Part shown: in pieces, positions 28,069 to 38,772 of the stretch
Numbering within the stretch: the stretch's first letter is position 1
Layout: every line of letters starts with the position of its first letter
Origin: Octopus vulgaris
Taxonomy: Eukaryota
Assembly: GCA_951406725.2 (NCBI GenBank)
Contig: OX597838.1
Location: 4,154,001-4,218,000, forward strand
Reading direction: 5' to 3'
DNA: 64,000 nt
The notes under the pieces: generated by a model
The model's input: the letters and a program-made list of their open reading frames with translations, nothing else
Database searches by the model: none
Told to the model about the DNA's origin: nothing
Position numbers and translations under genes: made by a program

Positions 28069-28268
28069 AGGTGGCGAGCTGGCAGAATCGTTAGCTTGTT
28101 GGACGAAATGCTTAGTGGTATGTCGCCTGTCACTGCGTTCTGAGTTCAAATTCGACCATGGTTGACTTTGCCTTTCATCCTTTCTGGGGCGATAAAATAA
28201 GTACCAGTTACACACTGGGGTCGATGTAATCCCCAAACTCCTGCCCTTGTGGCAAAATTTGAAACCAT
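28069..28268 (+). mobile_element. SINE family C (GGCGAGCTGGCAGAATCGTTAGC head; GCCTTTCATCCTTTC-GGGGTCGATAAA core; (ATT)n flanks)
   Basis: Related copies at about 30784-31186 (-, tandem pair), 57533-57690 (+) and 63566-64000 (-, tandem pair). Confidence 0.7.
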
Positions 28269-28916
28269 TATTATTATTATTATTATTATTACTATTTTAT
28301 TTTTGTCTTAAAGAATCTTGCTTATAATACAAAATAAAAGATTATTTGCAAAGTTCAGTGTTTGGGAAGCAAATGTGGTCGTAGCTCATCAATCTGCCAA
28401 ACAGCAATCTCTGTCTGTCGCATTTAATATTCAAGCACCCAGGAGTGCAACTGGATGGGTTAAGGGATGGGTCTGTTTTTATATTGTTATTTTTAAAGGA
28501 AAAATGAAAAATATAAAAAAAAAAAAAACAAACAGAAAATGAGATTATTTTATGAGTTTAAAGGAGAAAATTAATCTAATATTAAAATTTAAAAAATATT
28601 TGCAACAAGGGAAAGTTTTTTTTATATTTGCTTTGTCTTTCTTTTAGATTTTTGTTAACAATGTTTCACAGTTGTAAATGGCAGTTGGTGACTGGGTAGT
28701 GGTTGGGTAGGGGTATGTCTGAATTCAGTGAATAAATGAACAGAATGCTTTGTTTTGATAAATAAACGGAAGAAGATTATCACTTTTAAATCCTAAGAGT
28801 TCTTGTCTCATTTTCTTTGTATATTCTTTCCTGCTTGATGAGGGTCATTTTACCTACTACTACTACTACACACACAAGAAGGATAAGCATCAATGCATTT
28901 GGGGTAAAAGGAGGCA

Positions 28917-29250
28917 TACTGTAAATCCTCGAGTATAATCCGCATTTTCCCCCTCAAAATTTAAAGGTCAAAATCCCTAGTGCGTACTATACACGAGGTT
29001 AAAAATGAAAAATATTTTGTAAGCAATGTCCGAGTCTCTATTTGTTGTCCGGCAATGTTTATTCAGACGCATTTTGTGATGTCAGGCGTGAAAATCCCTT
29101 AAGCTAAGCCTGAAAGCAATGAAGTCATAAAAGAATCATCCATAACTTGCAGTAAGCAACATTTATTAAACGTTATTACTGTTATTTCTTTATTTTCTGC
29201 AAGCAAAATGCACAAAAAAGCTACACGTTTGCATTATGTTGCAGGATTTC
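28917..29250. mobile_element. pogo/Tigger-like DNA transposon fragment
   Basis: TACTGTAAATCCTCGAGTATAATCCGCA terminus related to 23946. Right end uncertain. Confidence 0.45.
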
Positions 29251-29332
29251 TGAGAGTGGAGAAAGGAATAGAGAAAGTTGTCTTCAGCTTGGAGACAAAA
29301 TCCTTTCAACTGCTAAAGGTAACCAGGGACCA

Positions 29333-29444
29333 AGTGGTGGTGATGATGATGGTGGTAGTGATGATGGTGGTGGTGGTGGTGATGATGGTGGTGGTGATGA
29401 TGATGGTGGTGGTAGTGATGATGGTGGTGGTGATGATGATGGTG
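29333..29444. repeat. (GGT/GAT)n trinucleotide microsatellite between the LRPAP1 and NFU1 3' ends
   Basis: Directly visible. Confidence 0.9.
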
Positions 29445-29766
29445 TTTTAAATTAAGCAGCAGACCAAGTCTATGATTCCAAAACAGAAATGGTGCCGGTG
29501 ACAGGCTTTTGTCTACCAAATTATACTCTCAAAGATTTCGTCTACTTGAGGTTATGGTAGAAAAGACTTGCCCAAGATGCTGCACCGTGGGATCAAACCT
29601 CAAGCCATATACGGCTGTAAAGTAAAGTGCTTAACTACACGGCCAATGGCCTGTTTGATTAGGGGTCACCTGGGGTAAACAACAACAACAACAACAGCAG
29701 CAGCAACAATTTTAAGCATTTGTAATTGAAATACAAAGAAAACAACTGAAAAACACGAAGATAAGT

Positions 29767-29772
29767 TTTATT
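29767..29772 (-). promoter_or_regulatory. Candidate NFU1 polyadenylation signal (AATAAA)
   Basis: TTTATT on the + strand, about 105 nt downstream of the NFU1 stop codon. Confidence 0.5.
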
Positions 29773-29877
29773 ATAACCTTTTGTTGGGTAGACTATGTAC
29801 AATAAAGAGGGTGGAAAACAGGGATTTTGAAAAGGGAAGGCTTCCTTTCCTTATCTTGTCTCTTCTTCTTCAGATCT

Positions 29878-29949
29878 TCATACATCACCAAGTTTCTCTT
29901 CAACTTTCTGGAATTCTGAATTGGAAACTCGATCCATTTCATCCTCGAC
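29878..29949 (-). CDS. NFU1: NFU1 iron-sulfur cluster scaffold, exon 8 (last)
   Basis: ttggtgtag | VEDEMDRVSNSEFQKVEEKLGDV*; 72 nt, phase 0. Confidence 0.88.
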   Translation of the reverse strand, partial: VEDEMDRVSNSEFQKVEEKLGDV

Positions 29950-30295
29950 CTACACCAAAGACACAACACAATGTTTGAATATCCATGTGGTTTGTGAACC
30001 TGCTAGCAATAGTAACTAAATTCTCACTTGCTGTTTTAAAGAGAAGTCTCACACTGGATAATGTACTTCCAGCTACATTATGTCTACATATAAAATTAAC
30101 GGGATGGTCATAAGCAGAACCCCTATGATCATACAACCAGGATTGGTCTGGCTCTAATTATTAATGTCACAAGACAATAAAACAATCCAACAAAGAAACC
30201 TCTTATGTTATTACACAACCAGCTAGAAATAACAACCAAATTCCCCTCAAATCACACTACTAATAGAAAAACTAACACCACATAATGCAGTCTCT

Positions 30296-30640
30296 TTCTC
30301 TTTTACTTGTTTCAGTCATTTGACTGTGGCCATGCTGGAGCAAATCGACCCCGGGACTTATTCTTTGTAAGCCCAGTACTTATTCTATTAGTCTCTTTTG
30401 CCGAACCGCTAGTTGACGGGGACGTAAACACACCAGCATCGGTTGTCAAGCAATGCTAGGGGGACAAACACAGACACACACATACATATATATATACGAC
30501 AGGCTTCTTTCAGTTTCCGTTTCCCAAATCCACTCACAAAGCATTGGTGGGCCCAGGGCTATAGCAGAAGACGCCCAAGATGCCATGCAGTGGGACTGAA
30601 CCCGGAACCATGTGGTTGGTAAGCAAGCTACTTACCACAT
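30296..30640 (-). mobile_element. SINE family A copy in NFU1 intron 7
   Basis: Reverse complement of family A, with CpGs largely retained. Confidence 0.8.
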
Positions 30641-30783
30641 AATACAGTCCTAGATAAATGATAACAGAGTTGCAGATAAATTATAATAATATATATATAT
30701 AATGAGTTCACTTCTGCTTTCCATGCTGGTATGGGGTACCTGGGTATCACAATTGCTTTCTGTAGTCTCAATGGTTTTTATTC

Positions 30784-31186
30784 TTTTCTACTCTAGGCAC
30801 AAGGCCTGAAATTTTGGGGGAGGAGGGACAGTCGATTAGATTGACTCCAGTACACAACCGGTACTTAATTTAACGACCCCCATCCTTAAGGGATGAAAGG
30901 CAAAGTCGACTTTGGTGGAATTTGAACTCAGAATGTAAAAGAGACGAAATACCGCTAAACATTTTGCCCGGCGTGCTAACGTTTCTGCCAGCTTGTCGCC
31001 TTAATAATAATAATCTTTTCTACTCTAGGCACAAGGGGCAGTCAATTAGATTGACCCCAGTGTTCAACTGGTACTTAATTTATCAACCTCAAAAGGATGA
31101 AAGGCAAAGTCGACCTCGGCAGAATTTGAACTCAGAACGTTAAGACAGACGAAATACTTGCTAACTTTTCTGGCAGCTTGCCGCCT
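30784..31186 (-). mobile_element. Tandem pair of SINE family C
   Basis: CTTTTCTACTCTAGGCACAAGG...GGATGAAAGGCAAAGTCGAC...GAATTTGAACTCAGAA occurs twice. Confidence 0.75.
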
Positions 31187-31887
31187 TCTCTCAATGGATT
31201 TTATTCAGCCATTGGCACCAGAGATGCTTTCAGCAGCAGAATTAAAGACATCCCTCCTTTCCAAATAAGGTTTTATTTACGGTAACTACCCTCTAAGCAA
31301 GATGACTTTTCTGGGCTATGACTTGCATCCTATGTCAATCTTCTGCATTTGTTTCCTATCTTACATAAATGATTATAAAGTAAGTCTATCTACATATGTA
31401 ACCAAATTTTTTGCATCAATCGAAAGTGATAGCAAAATCTTAAAAATTCCTATTTCAATATAATAAAAATGTGGGCTTTTAATTACATTTTTAACACACT
31501 CTTTGCTCAAATCCTATTGCCTATTCTCTTCTCCAAAGATCTTATTCACTTCAATCCACTTCTCTCTCATTTGTTGTCTCTAATCTTTAACCGTTTACCA
31601 TTCAGATTCCCCTGTCAAAACTAATACTTATTAATTCACATTGTTTTGAAGTATCTGGAAGTTTTGAGATTTCAATGATGTGATGGTTTATTTTTAGAAT
31701 GACATTATAGGGTAGGTGTGAGAGGCTGGATCTGGCCAATTTAAACATAAAACAATATTTGAGCTGGGTGCGGCCAGTTTAAATGTTAAAGAGTTAGTTA
31801 AACTTAGCTTTACATTATTGTAACCTCTGCCAGCTATTCTAACCTGCAAATAATGGTAAAAGAATCTATCAATGATGGAAAATTTAC

Positions 31888-32022
31888 CTGTTCTACTTCC
31901 TTGACTTCTGGGATATAAAACTGTAACATGTTCTGTACACCACTCTTTAGAGTCACAACTGAACTTGGACAGTTGGTACATGAACCTTGCATTTTCAGCT
32001 TGACAATTCCATCTTCGAATCC
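31888..32022 (-). CDS. NFU1: NFU1 exon 7 (NifU C-terminal domain, CxxC)
   Basis: ctgcag | [45 protein letters not shown] | gtaaat; 135 nt. Confidence 0.97.
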
Positions 32023-32387
32023 CTGCAGTTTGTAGAACAACAACATTCCTGATTATTAAAAAGGCAAAAAACCCAACAAAATCTACCCCACCCCAACAAA
32101 TAGTTCTTAAATTAATTTTTTCTGAGAAATAACTGAGGATTAATCATCATCATCATCATCATTTAATGTCTGCTTTCCATGCTGGCATGGGTTGGACGGT
32201 TTGACTGAGGACTGGTGAGCCAGAAGGCTGCACCAGACTCCAATCTGATCTGGTAAGGTTTCTACAGCTGGATGCCTTTCCTAATGCCAACCATTCCAAA
32301 GAGTGTAGTGGATGCTTTTTATGTGCCACCAGCACGTAAATGATATATATATGATATGATATATAATGATTAAATGATATACACACA

Positions 32388-33200
32388 CACTCAGTGTTCA
32401 GATTAAACTTGACAGTCTGCATAAAAAGAAACGAAAATGCCTCATCCAAAAATAAAACCATTTTTAAAAAATCAAAAAATTTCAACTCGATTATGGCTGG
32501 GAGATAAGTTTACTCAAAGTAGCCACCCTCAGCTTCAGGCATGGCTCTAAGACAGCTCTGGAACTTGGCACATGGTTTCCTTACTGTGTCCTTAAGATCT
32601 TTGAACACCTCCTTGATCTTGGCTGCTGGCATGGGCTTTTGGTTGCAGGCAGAGCGGTTAGTGTCCTTCTCAACTGTGCTGCACATATAGTGATCCATGA
32701 GATTATAACTGGGGGGATTAGGAGGCTAGAGACCGGGGCTGGTGAAGTTGTAGCAATTCTCCAACATCTGTTTCTGCCTTTTTCCAGGGGTATGATAAGG
32801 AACGGAAACCTACTGCCACACATATGGCCTTCCAGCAGAAACCCTCTCCATCCAGAAATTGACAACAACCTCCAGCAGCTTCACATAGCTGTCTAAATTG
32901 AGCCCAAGGCCCTGTTCAAAGACGTGGGACAGCATGACGTCACCCTCACCAGAGAGACACACCCAAAGAACATCACAGTCTTGGGGGAATTTGGCTTTCA
33001 CAATGTCCATGTCCTGGCTTACAGCCTTTATAATGTCCAACAAGTATTGAACAACAGTAACGATGCTGGGATTCTAATAACCAGCATGAATCCTCATGAT
33101 ACGGGGCTTTTCCCAATATTCAGATGGCTTCCAGTCTGCCATGGCAGCTAACTTTTTCTCAACTATAACCTCAATCTTTATGCTCTCCAACGCCATTAAT
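32388..33200 (-). mobile_element. Decayed Tc1/mariner-superfamily transposon, probably maT/DD37D type
   Basis: Frameshifted transposase pieces ...SHVFEQGLGLNLDSYVKLLEVVVNFWMERVSAGRPYVWQ and DHYMCSTVEKDTN...LRAMPEAEGGYFE*. The EAEGGYFE C-terminus is typical of this group. Ends approximate. Confidence 0.65.
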
Positions 33201-33283
33201 TGTTCACCGATATATTAAGCTGTTCCTGAAAGAAAGAGACATAAAAAAATCGTCAAATATGTCCCAAACACCCAGTATAGATA

Positions 33284-33858
33284 TACAAGATGCATTCCAG
33301 AAGTTTCCAGACTGTTCCAGGAGAGACATTTATTAATTTCAAACAAGTACAAAACTCGAATCTCCTTCAATGTATGATGCTCCGATATCAAGTCACTTGA
33401 TGTGGCACTCCATCCACTTTACGAAGGCCCCATGGAAGTCTTCGAAAGTGAAGGACCCTTGTCACAGCCTCCTTTATCTTCTTTTTCAGCTTGAGCAACA
33501 ACCAAAAGTCACAGGGAGTAAGGTGTGACCTGTAGGGATGGTGATCAGGTATGGTCCAAAGAATTTTCTCAAGAGAGGGCACAAGGTCAGAAGGGAATAC
33601 AATTCCAGGAGAAAAGGGTTTTTATAACATTATTTAGAAGGGCACACTTCTTTTCTTGAGGGGGAGGGGGCACTCGGGTCTGCCCCAGGTGATGGACAGT
33701 TTTGACACCCATCTCTGTTGAGTAGTTGGTTACCAGGACAGAATTGTGGTGCAGGTGCTCTGGCCTTTGGCGACGGAATCTCTTCTTGAACTCCTTCAAA
33801 ACTTCCACAAAGTACTCTTTGTAGACTGCTTGGCAAGAGGGAACCCAGTGGATGTAGA
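33284..33858 (-). mobile_element. Decayed mariner (DD34D-type) transposon
   Basis: HHPYRSHLTPCDFWLLLKLK is a degenerate YSPDLAPCDFWLFPKLK. Also EVLKEFKKRFRRQRP and the TIR-like TACAAGATGCATTCCAGAAGTTTCC at 33284. Confidence 0.7.
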
Positions 33859-34138
33859 TGTGTCCTTAAGATCTTTGAACACCTCCTTGATAATTGGCAA
33901 CTAGCATGGGCTTTTGGTTGCAGGCAGAGCGGTTAGTGTCCTTCTCAACTGTGCTGCACATATAGTGATCCATGAGATTATAACTGGGGGGATTAAGAGG
34001 CTAGAGACCGGGGCTGGTGAAGTTGTAGCAACTCCATAGAGAATAGAAGAATATCTGGGGGTCACCGGTGTGTACTGGGGTGGGTGGGAGAGGAAGACCA
34101 GTAAACAATAAAAAAAAACAAAGAAAGACAAAACAAAC

Positions 34139-34242
34139 CATGAATACGATGTCTCCACCATCTTCTTGAACTGTGGGTCTAATCCGGGTGTCAAGCAGCT
34201 CCTTTATCATAGCTACAGTCTCATCATCTTCAGGGTCAATAG
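34139..34242 (-). CDS. NFU1: NFU1 exon 6
   Basis: aatttcag | (A)[34 protein letters not shown] | gtttgt; 104 nt, phase 1-0. Confidence 0.96.
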
Positions 34243-34574
34243 CTGAAATTAAGAAAAGCAGAGAAGCTGTTTGTTTATACACTGCATTCCTTCATATAAT
34301 TTTGAAGTTATTCCCCCTACCTTTCTTGATCACTATTAACACTTAAGGCTCTATACAGTTCAGTACAACAAAGTGCTACATTGGTTAATCACTCCTGAAA
34401 TGCATGATATCACAAGATTCATACTAACCTTGTTTACATTCATTTTGAAGGAAGTGAGGAACTCTCTATTATAAGGGACAAAACTCTAATCTTTTATTGT
34501 ATCATTCATTTCTGTTGTGAAAGAATCGAAAGAAAAAAAGATAAAATGTGTTAAGAAGTTATGTTTTTCTGTAC

Positions 34575-34686
34575 CTGTTTCTGCAGAAGGCTGTTCTTCT
34601 GTCAGAATTGGGAGACCACTAGCAAAGAAATCCATTATGGTGGCATAAATATTAGGTTTAATAACAGCCCAATCTGTATCTTCAAT
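34575..34686 (-). CDS. NFU1: NFU1 exon 5
   Basis: ttcctag | [37 protein letters not shown](G) | gtacag; 112 nt, phase 0-1. Confidence 0.95.
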
Positions 34687-35352
34687 CTAGGAAAACAAAA
34701 CATAAAAAGAAGGATAATTGTTAATGACAGAAGCAGTAATAATAGCAAAGAGCAATCTTTACATCCAACTAAATGTAGACGTATTGTTAGAATGCCAAAT
34801 GGTGTGCTTTTTATCTGGAGACGACTTCTCATATTCTTTTACTTGTTTCAGTCATTTGACTGTGGCCATGCTGGAGCACCACCTTTAGTTGCCCTAGGAC
34901 TTATTCTTTGTAAGCCCAGTACCATTCAAGCCAGAACCCCTGGTCCCTGAGAGAGGCCTAACACACTGCTATCTGGTTTAGCACCAGCACCACTTTGTTT
35001 AATCTCTGAACCAATGGAGAAAGCTTCTATATGATTGATCTTCAAGAAATAGTAGCCAGATATGTTTTACACAGAAGTGAACAACATTGCTTGTATGACA
35101 GCAGTGCTTATTTACAACCATGTTGTCAAGACAAGAGCACACACACACACACACACACATGCATGCACACACACACACACATGTATATACACAAGGGACT
35201 TCTTTCAATTTCCATCAATGGAACTCGGTCACAAAACTTTGTAGGCTCAAGGCTGTAGTAGAAGACACTTGCCCAAGGTGCCGCGGAGTGGGGTTGAACC
35301 CAAGACCACATGACTAGAAAACAAGCATCTTAACCACACAATTGCACCTATG

Positions 35353-35395
<43 letters not shown>

Positions 35396-35400
35396 CAATA

Positions 35401-35565
35401 GGCACAGGAGTGGGTGTGTGGTAAGTAGCTTGCTTATCAACCACATGGTTCTGGGTTCAGTCCCACTGCGTGGCACCTTGGGCAAGTGTCTTCTACTATG
35501 GCCTTGGGCCGACCAAAGCCTTGTGAGTGGATTTGGCAGATGGAAACTGAAAGAAGCCCGTCGTA

Positions 35566-35598
<33 letters not shown>

Positions 35599-35815
35599 TT
35601 ATGCATGTATATGTTTGTGTCTGTGTTTGTCCTTCCCAACATCACTTGACAACCGATGCTGGTGTGTTTACGTCCCCGTCACTTAGCAGTTCGGCAAGAC
35701 AGACCGATAGAATAAGTACTAGGCTTACAAAGAATAAGTCCTGGGCTCGATTTGTTTGACTAAAGGCGGTGCTCCAGCATGGCTGCAGTTCAATGACTGA
35801 AACAAGCAAAAGAAT
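35401..35815 (+). mobile_element. SINE family A, full length; an opposite-orientation copy lies at about 35190-35355
   Basis: GGCACAGGAGTGGGTGTGTGGTAAGTAGCTTGC...GGTTCAGTCCCACTGCGTGGCACCTTGGGCAAGTG...GACTGAAACAAGCAAAAGAATA. Confidence 0.85.
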
Positions 35816-36295
35816 ATACACACAAACACATACATATCCGTTTTCCATGCTGGCAGGGCTTGGACGGTTTGACCGGAGCTGGTGGGGCTGCACCAAACCT
35901 CCATTGTCTGTTCTGGCATGGTCTCTATGGCCAGATGCCCTTCCTAATGCTAACCACTGACAAACAAATGAAGGTTAATCAGGAACATGAGAACACTTCG
36001 ACTCTGGGCCCTGTTGAATGCATGCAACACGTCTCAATGACACAGTACAACAAATTGTAGAAGTTGTAGAGATCCTTTATGAACCCCCCTGGGGAGGAAG
36101 AGGAGGAGAAGGATAGGGTGGAGAAGAGGAGGAGGGGTGAAGAGGAGAAATGATGATAACAAAGTCTAAATTTGATGACAATGATGATGACAACAATGAT
36201 AACAGCAACAACTGAAGATGAAAATAATAAACACAACAACAACAACAACGATGATGATGTTAAAGTTAAATTCTCAAACAACAACAACAACTTAC

Positions 36296-36362
36296 CTTGT
36301 TGATGGTGATGAAATCAGAACCAAAAAACACCGACCGCACACCTTCCACCCGAAACAGTTGT
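36296..36362 (-). CDS. NFU1: NFU1 exon 4
   Basis: ttccgcag | (R)QLFRVEGVRSVFFGSDFITINK | gtaagt; 67 nt, phase 2-0. Confidence 0.96.
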
Positions 36363-36405
36363 CTGCGGAAGAAGAAAGGCAAAAACATACAAAAATATGT
36401 TCCGT

Positions 36406-36545
36406 ACAACGTTTTGGCTGATGTATTCTTCAACTTTCTTCAGGTGTCCTGGTGGACACCTGATGAAGGCAGGAGAGTACATCAGCTGAAATGATGTGGT
36501 AACAACAAAGATGAGGACACCTATCCGTCCAACATAAATAATGAA
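36406..36545. mobile_element. Penelope-like repeat fragment: inverted pair of degenerate hammerhead motifs
   Basis: Arms 36406-36449 and 36454-36497 are diverged reverse complements around TGGT. The + arm reads GACAC CTGATGA A GGCAG...CAGCT GAAA TGAT GTG. Confidence 0.6.
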
Positions 36546-36749
36546 CTGTCTTTAAATGCTTTGAAGTACCAGCAACTGTGAAGTTTAAGGGACAAAAAGA
36601 AGGTCAAACATATCTTTTTTTGAAATTACAAACTATTTTTTCTTTCAGTTCTATATTTAAGAGATGAGGAATTATGTACATTATTTACATTTGATGGATA
36701 TTTGTCCTCATACCTTAGGAATGAGAACCCAGGTTCGAAATTTCCCCAA

Positions 36750-36795
36750 GACACCTGATGAAGGCTGGAGGGTATATCAGCTGAAATGTTGTGTT
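36750..36795 (+). ncRNA. Minimal type-I hammerhead ribozyme motif, CpG-decayed (same family as 36454)
   Basis: Stem I GACAC/GUGUU; core CUGAUGA at 36755-36761; stem II GGCUG/CAGCU; GAAA at 36783-36786; UGUU in place of the palindromic CGUU. Confidence 0.6.
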
Positions 36796-36816
36796 AACAA
36801 CAAACAAGATGAAGAC

Positions 36817-37250
36817 ATTAATAGTTATCGCCAAGCTAAGTCCATAAATATAAGACTAAAGCTGCCACTGATTAGCTCCAAGAGGCCATCGCCTCTAGCT
36901 AGCTATATGACACACGAAATTAGGTAAATAAATCCTTCGAACAGACGGTTAGTAGCGATGCCTGTTGGGTCTGGCTACTCTGCATTGATAAAGGGCAACA
37001 ACCCTGAAACATGTCAGCAGATGTCTGACTAGCAAGGTGAAGCGGCTGACCTCCCCTGTTTGAAGGTTATAATGGACACAGGTTCGTGTGTCATATAGCT
37101 AGCTAGAGGCGATGGCCTCTTGGAGCTAATCAGCAGCAGCTTTAGTCTTATATTTATAAGACTACCATATTAGTATGGCGATAACTATTAATATCCAGTA
37201 CCACTGCCATAATCTCCTTTAGAGAGACTTAGAAATTTTAATATTTCTAT
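36817..37250. mobile_element. Fold-back insertion with ~100 bp inverted arms, an internal degenerate hammerhead and a 12-bp flanking direct repeat
   Basis: Arms 36817-36918 and 37083-37192. Spacer motif UUGAUAA AGGG-CAACAA-CCCU GAAA CAUG UC at 36985-37015. AAGATGAAGACA at 36806-36817 and 37251-37262. Confidence 0.65.
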
Positions 37251-37599
37251 AAGATGAAGACAAATATTAAGAAGGATGAAATAGCACTACATACGTTTTA
37301 TATCCTGGTGCTGGATAAATAATTTAATGAAGCAGGGGGAAAAGAAAGTATTTACATGAAACACTATTATTACTGTTACGTGAGGTTAAACGCTCTCAGC
37401 CAACGGTGCTTTATTTTATAGCAATGTGTCACTTTTAGTCACTTGGTGGTGGATGGAATCCTTCCACAACAATTCGGCTGTCAACAACTGGAAATTTTAA
37501 AGACTTTATATTATACTCTCTTTACTCTTTTACACATGCAGGCACACACATACACACTAACAGAGGCATACACACATACATGTCGTGTTATAAACTTAC

Positions 37600-37735
37600 C
37601 TGGCTAAGGGAGAACAATGAGCGGAGGCCATATTTGGAAAGTCTTTGGTACCTGCCTCAAGAACCTGAGTACCTGGGATGAATTTGAGGCTGTTCGGGTT
37701 TGGCGTATCTTGTGTTTGAATAAACATGGTTCGGA
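37600..37735 (-). CDS. NFU1: NFU1 exon 3 (start of the Nfu N-terminal domain)
   Basis: tctttacag | (V)[44 protein letters not shown](R) | gtaagt; 136 nt, phase 1-2. Confidence 0.97.
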
Positions 37736-37844
37736 CTGTAAAGAAAGACAAAGATGGAAAAGAGGAAAACAAATAAATATAAATAAAAAAAAAATGGAAA
37801 TTTTCTTTGGAAATAGCACAGTAGAAATTAGAACCTTTCCCTAC

Positions 37845-37966
37845 CATTCTGCTGGTATGGCGAGATGACTGGCCACTGTCTATGTTGGATTCTAGAGAGG
37901 CTGCTGGACAATGTCCTTGGTTTAGTCACTGAGGTCGCTGCCACTAAAGATGACAATGAACGGCTT
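37845..37966 (-). CDS. NFU1: NFU1 exon 2 (mitochondrial transit peptide region)
   Basis: ctgttgcag | (R)[40 protein letters not shown](V) | gtaggg. The 122 nt, phase 2-1 exon bridges exons 1 and 3 exactly. It is R/S-rich with no acidic residues. Confidence 0.82.
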
Positions 37967-38645
37967 CTGCAACAGAGAAGAAAACCAAATTCACCAAAGT
38001 CAACAAAAAAGGGCCTCTGTGCAATCATTCATTCAGCAAGAAATAGCAGCTAAATCCTGCCCATCAAATCACACCCTATATTCTTAAAAAGAATACAAAA
38101 CAAAAGGAAGAACTCATTGGATAATGTTGTCTGGGGGACACTATGACTAGAAAAAGACAAAAGGAAAGAAAGTAAGAGTAGAAAAAATCAGGATGGTCGT
38201 GGTTGGAATATCCTTTGATTGTAAGTCTAATTAATCAGGACTGACCTGGGTTAAATAACAACAACAACAGTTGTGAACTTGACCCTACTACACACAGTTG
38301 TAGGGAGTTTTATGAATTCCCCAACTAACATAAATTATACATCTGCTCTGTTCCTTCCCATCTTCATGATTGTGGCTGTGTGGTAAGAAGCTTACATCTC
38401 AACCATGTGGTTCTGGGTTCAGTCCCACTGTGAGACACCCTGGCCAAGAGTCTTTTACTATAACCTCAGGCCTTGTGAGTGGATTTGGTAGATGGAAACT
38501 GAAAGAAACCCATCGTATATCTATCTATCTATCGCTCTATTGATCTATATATATATATATGTAGGTCCCGGGTTGAGTCGGGGTTAACCACAGTAAATAA
38601 GGTACTCAATACATAGCAGAGTAAATTAATTTATTTTATAGAAGG

Positions 38646-38696
38646 AGCTTCTACAGGACTAGAACTGTTTCATTCAAAAGAAATCATCAGGAAGCT
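38646..38696 (-). ncRNA. Type-I hammerhead ribozyme motif (sense to NFU1 intron 1)
   Basis: AGCUUC CUGAUGA UUUCUUUUGAAU GAAA CAG UUCUAGUC CUG UA GAAGCU: 6-bp stem I, complete core, stem III ACAG/CUGU, GUA triplet. Stem II is short and closed by a non-canonical U-U. Confidence 0.7.
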
Positions 38697-38708
38697 AGCT
38701 TGTCACCT

Positions 38709-38758
38709 AGCTTCCTGATGATTTCTTTGAATGAAACAGTTCTAGTCCTGTAGAAGCT
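38709..38758 (+). ncRNA. Type-I hammerhead ribozyme motif (inverted twin of 38646-38696)
   Basis: AGCUUC(38709-14) CUGAUGA(38715-21) UUUCUUUGAAU GAAA(38733-36) CAG UUCUAGUC CUG UA(38751-52) GAAGCU(38753-58). Confidence 0.7.
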
Positions 38759-38772
38759 CCTTCTATAAAATA

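Noticed and set aside
29313-29519. Poly-His ORF and poly-Val/Met ORF on the opposite strand
   Set aside because: Trinucleotide microsatellite in the intergenic/3' region with no splice or homology support.
35401-35475. tRNA-like sequences (also 63418, 5654, 28069)
   Set aside because: These are SINE heads with A/B boxes that continue into SINE bodies and do not form a proper cloverleaf.
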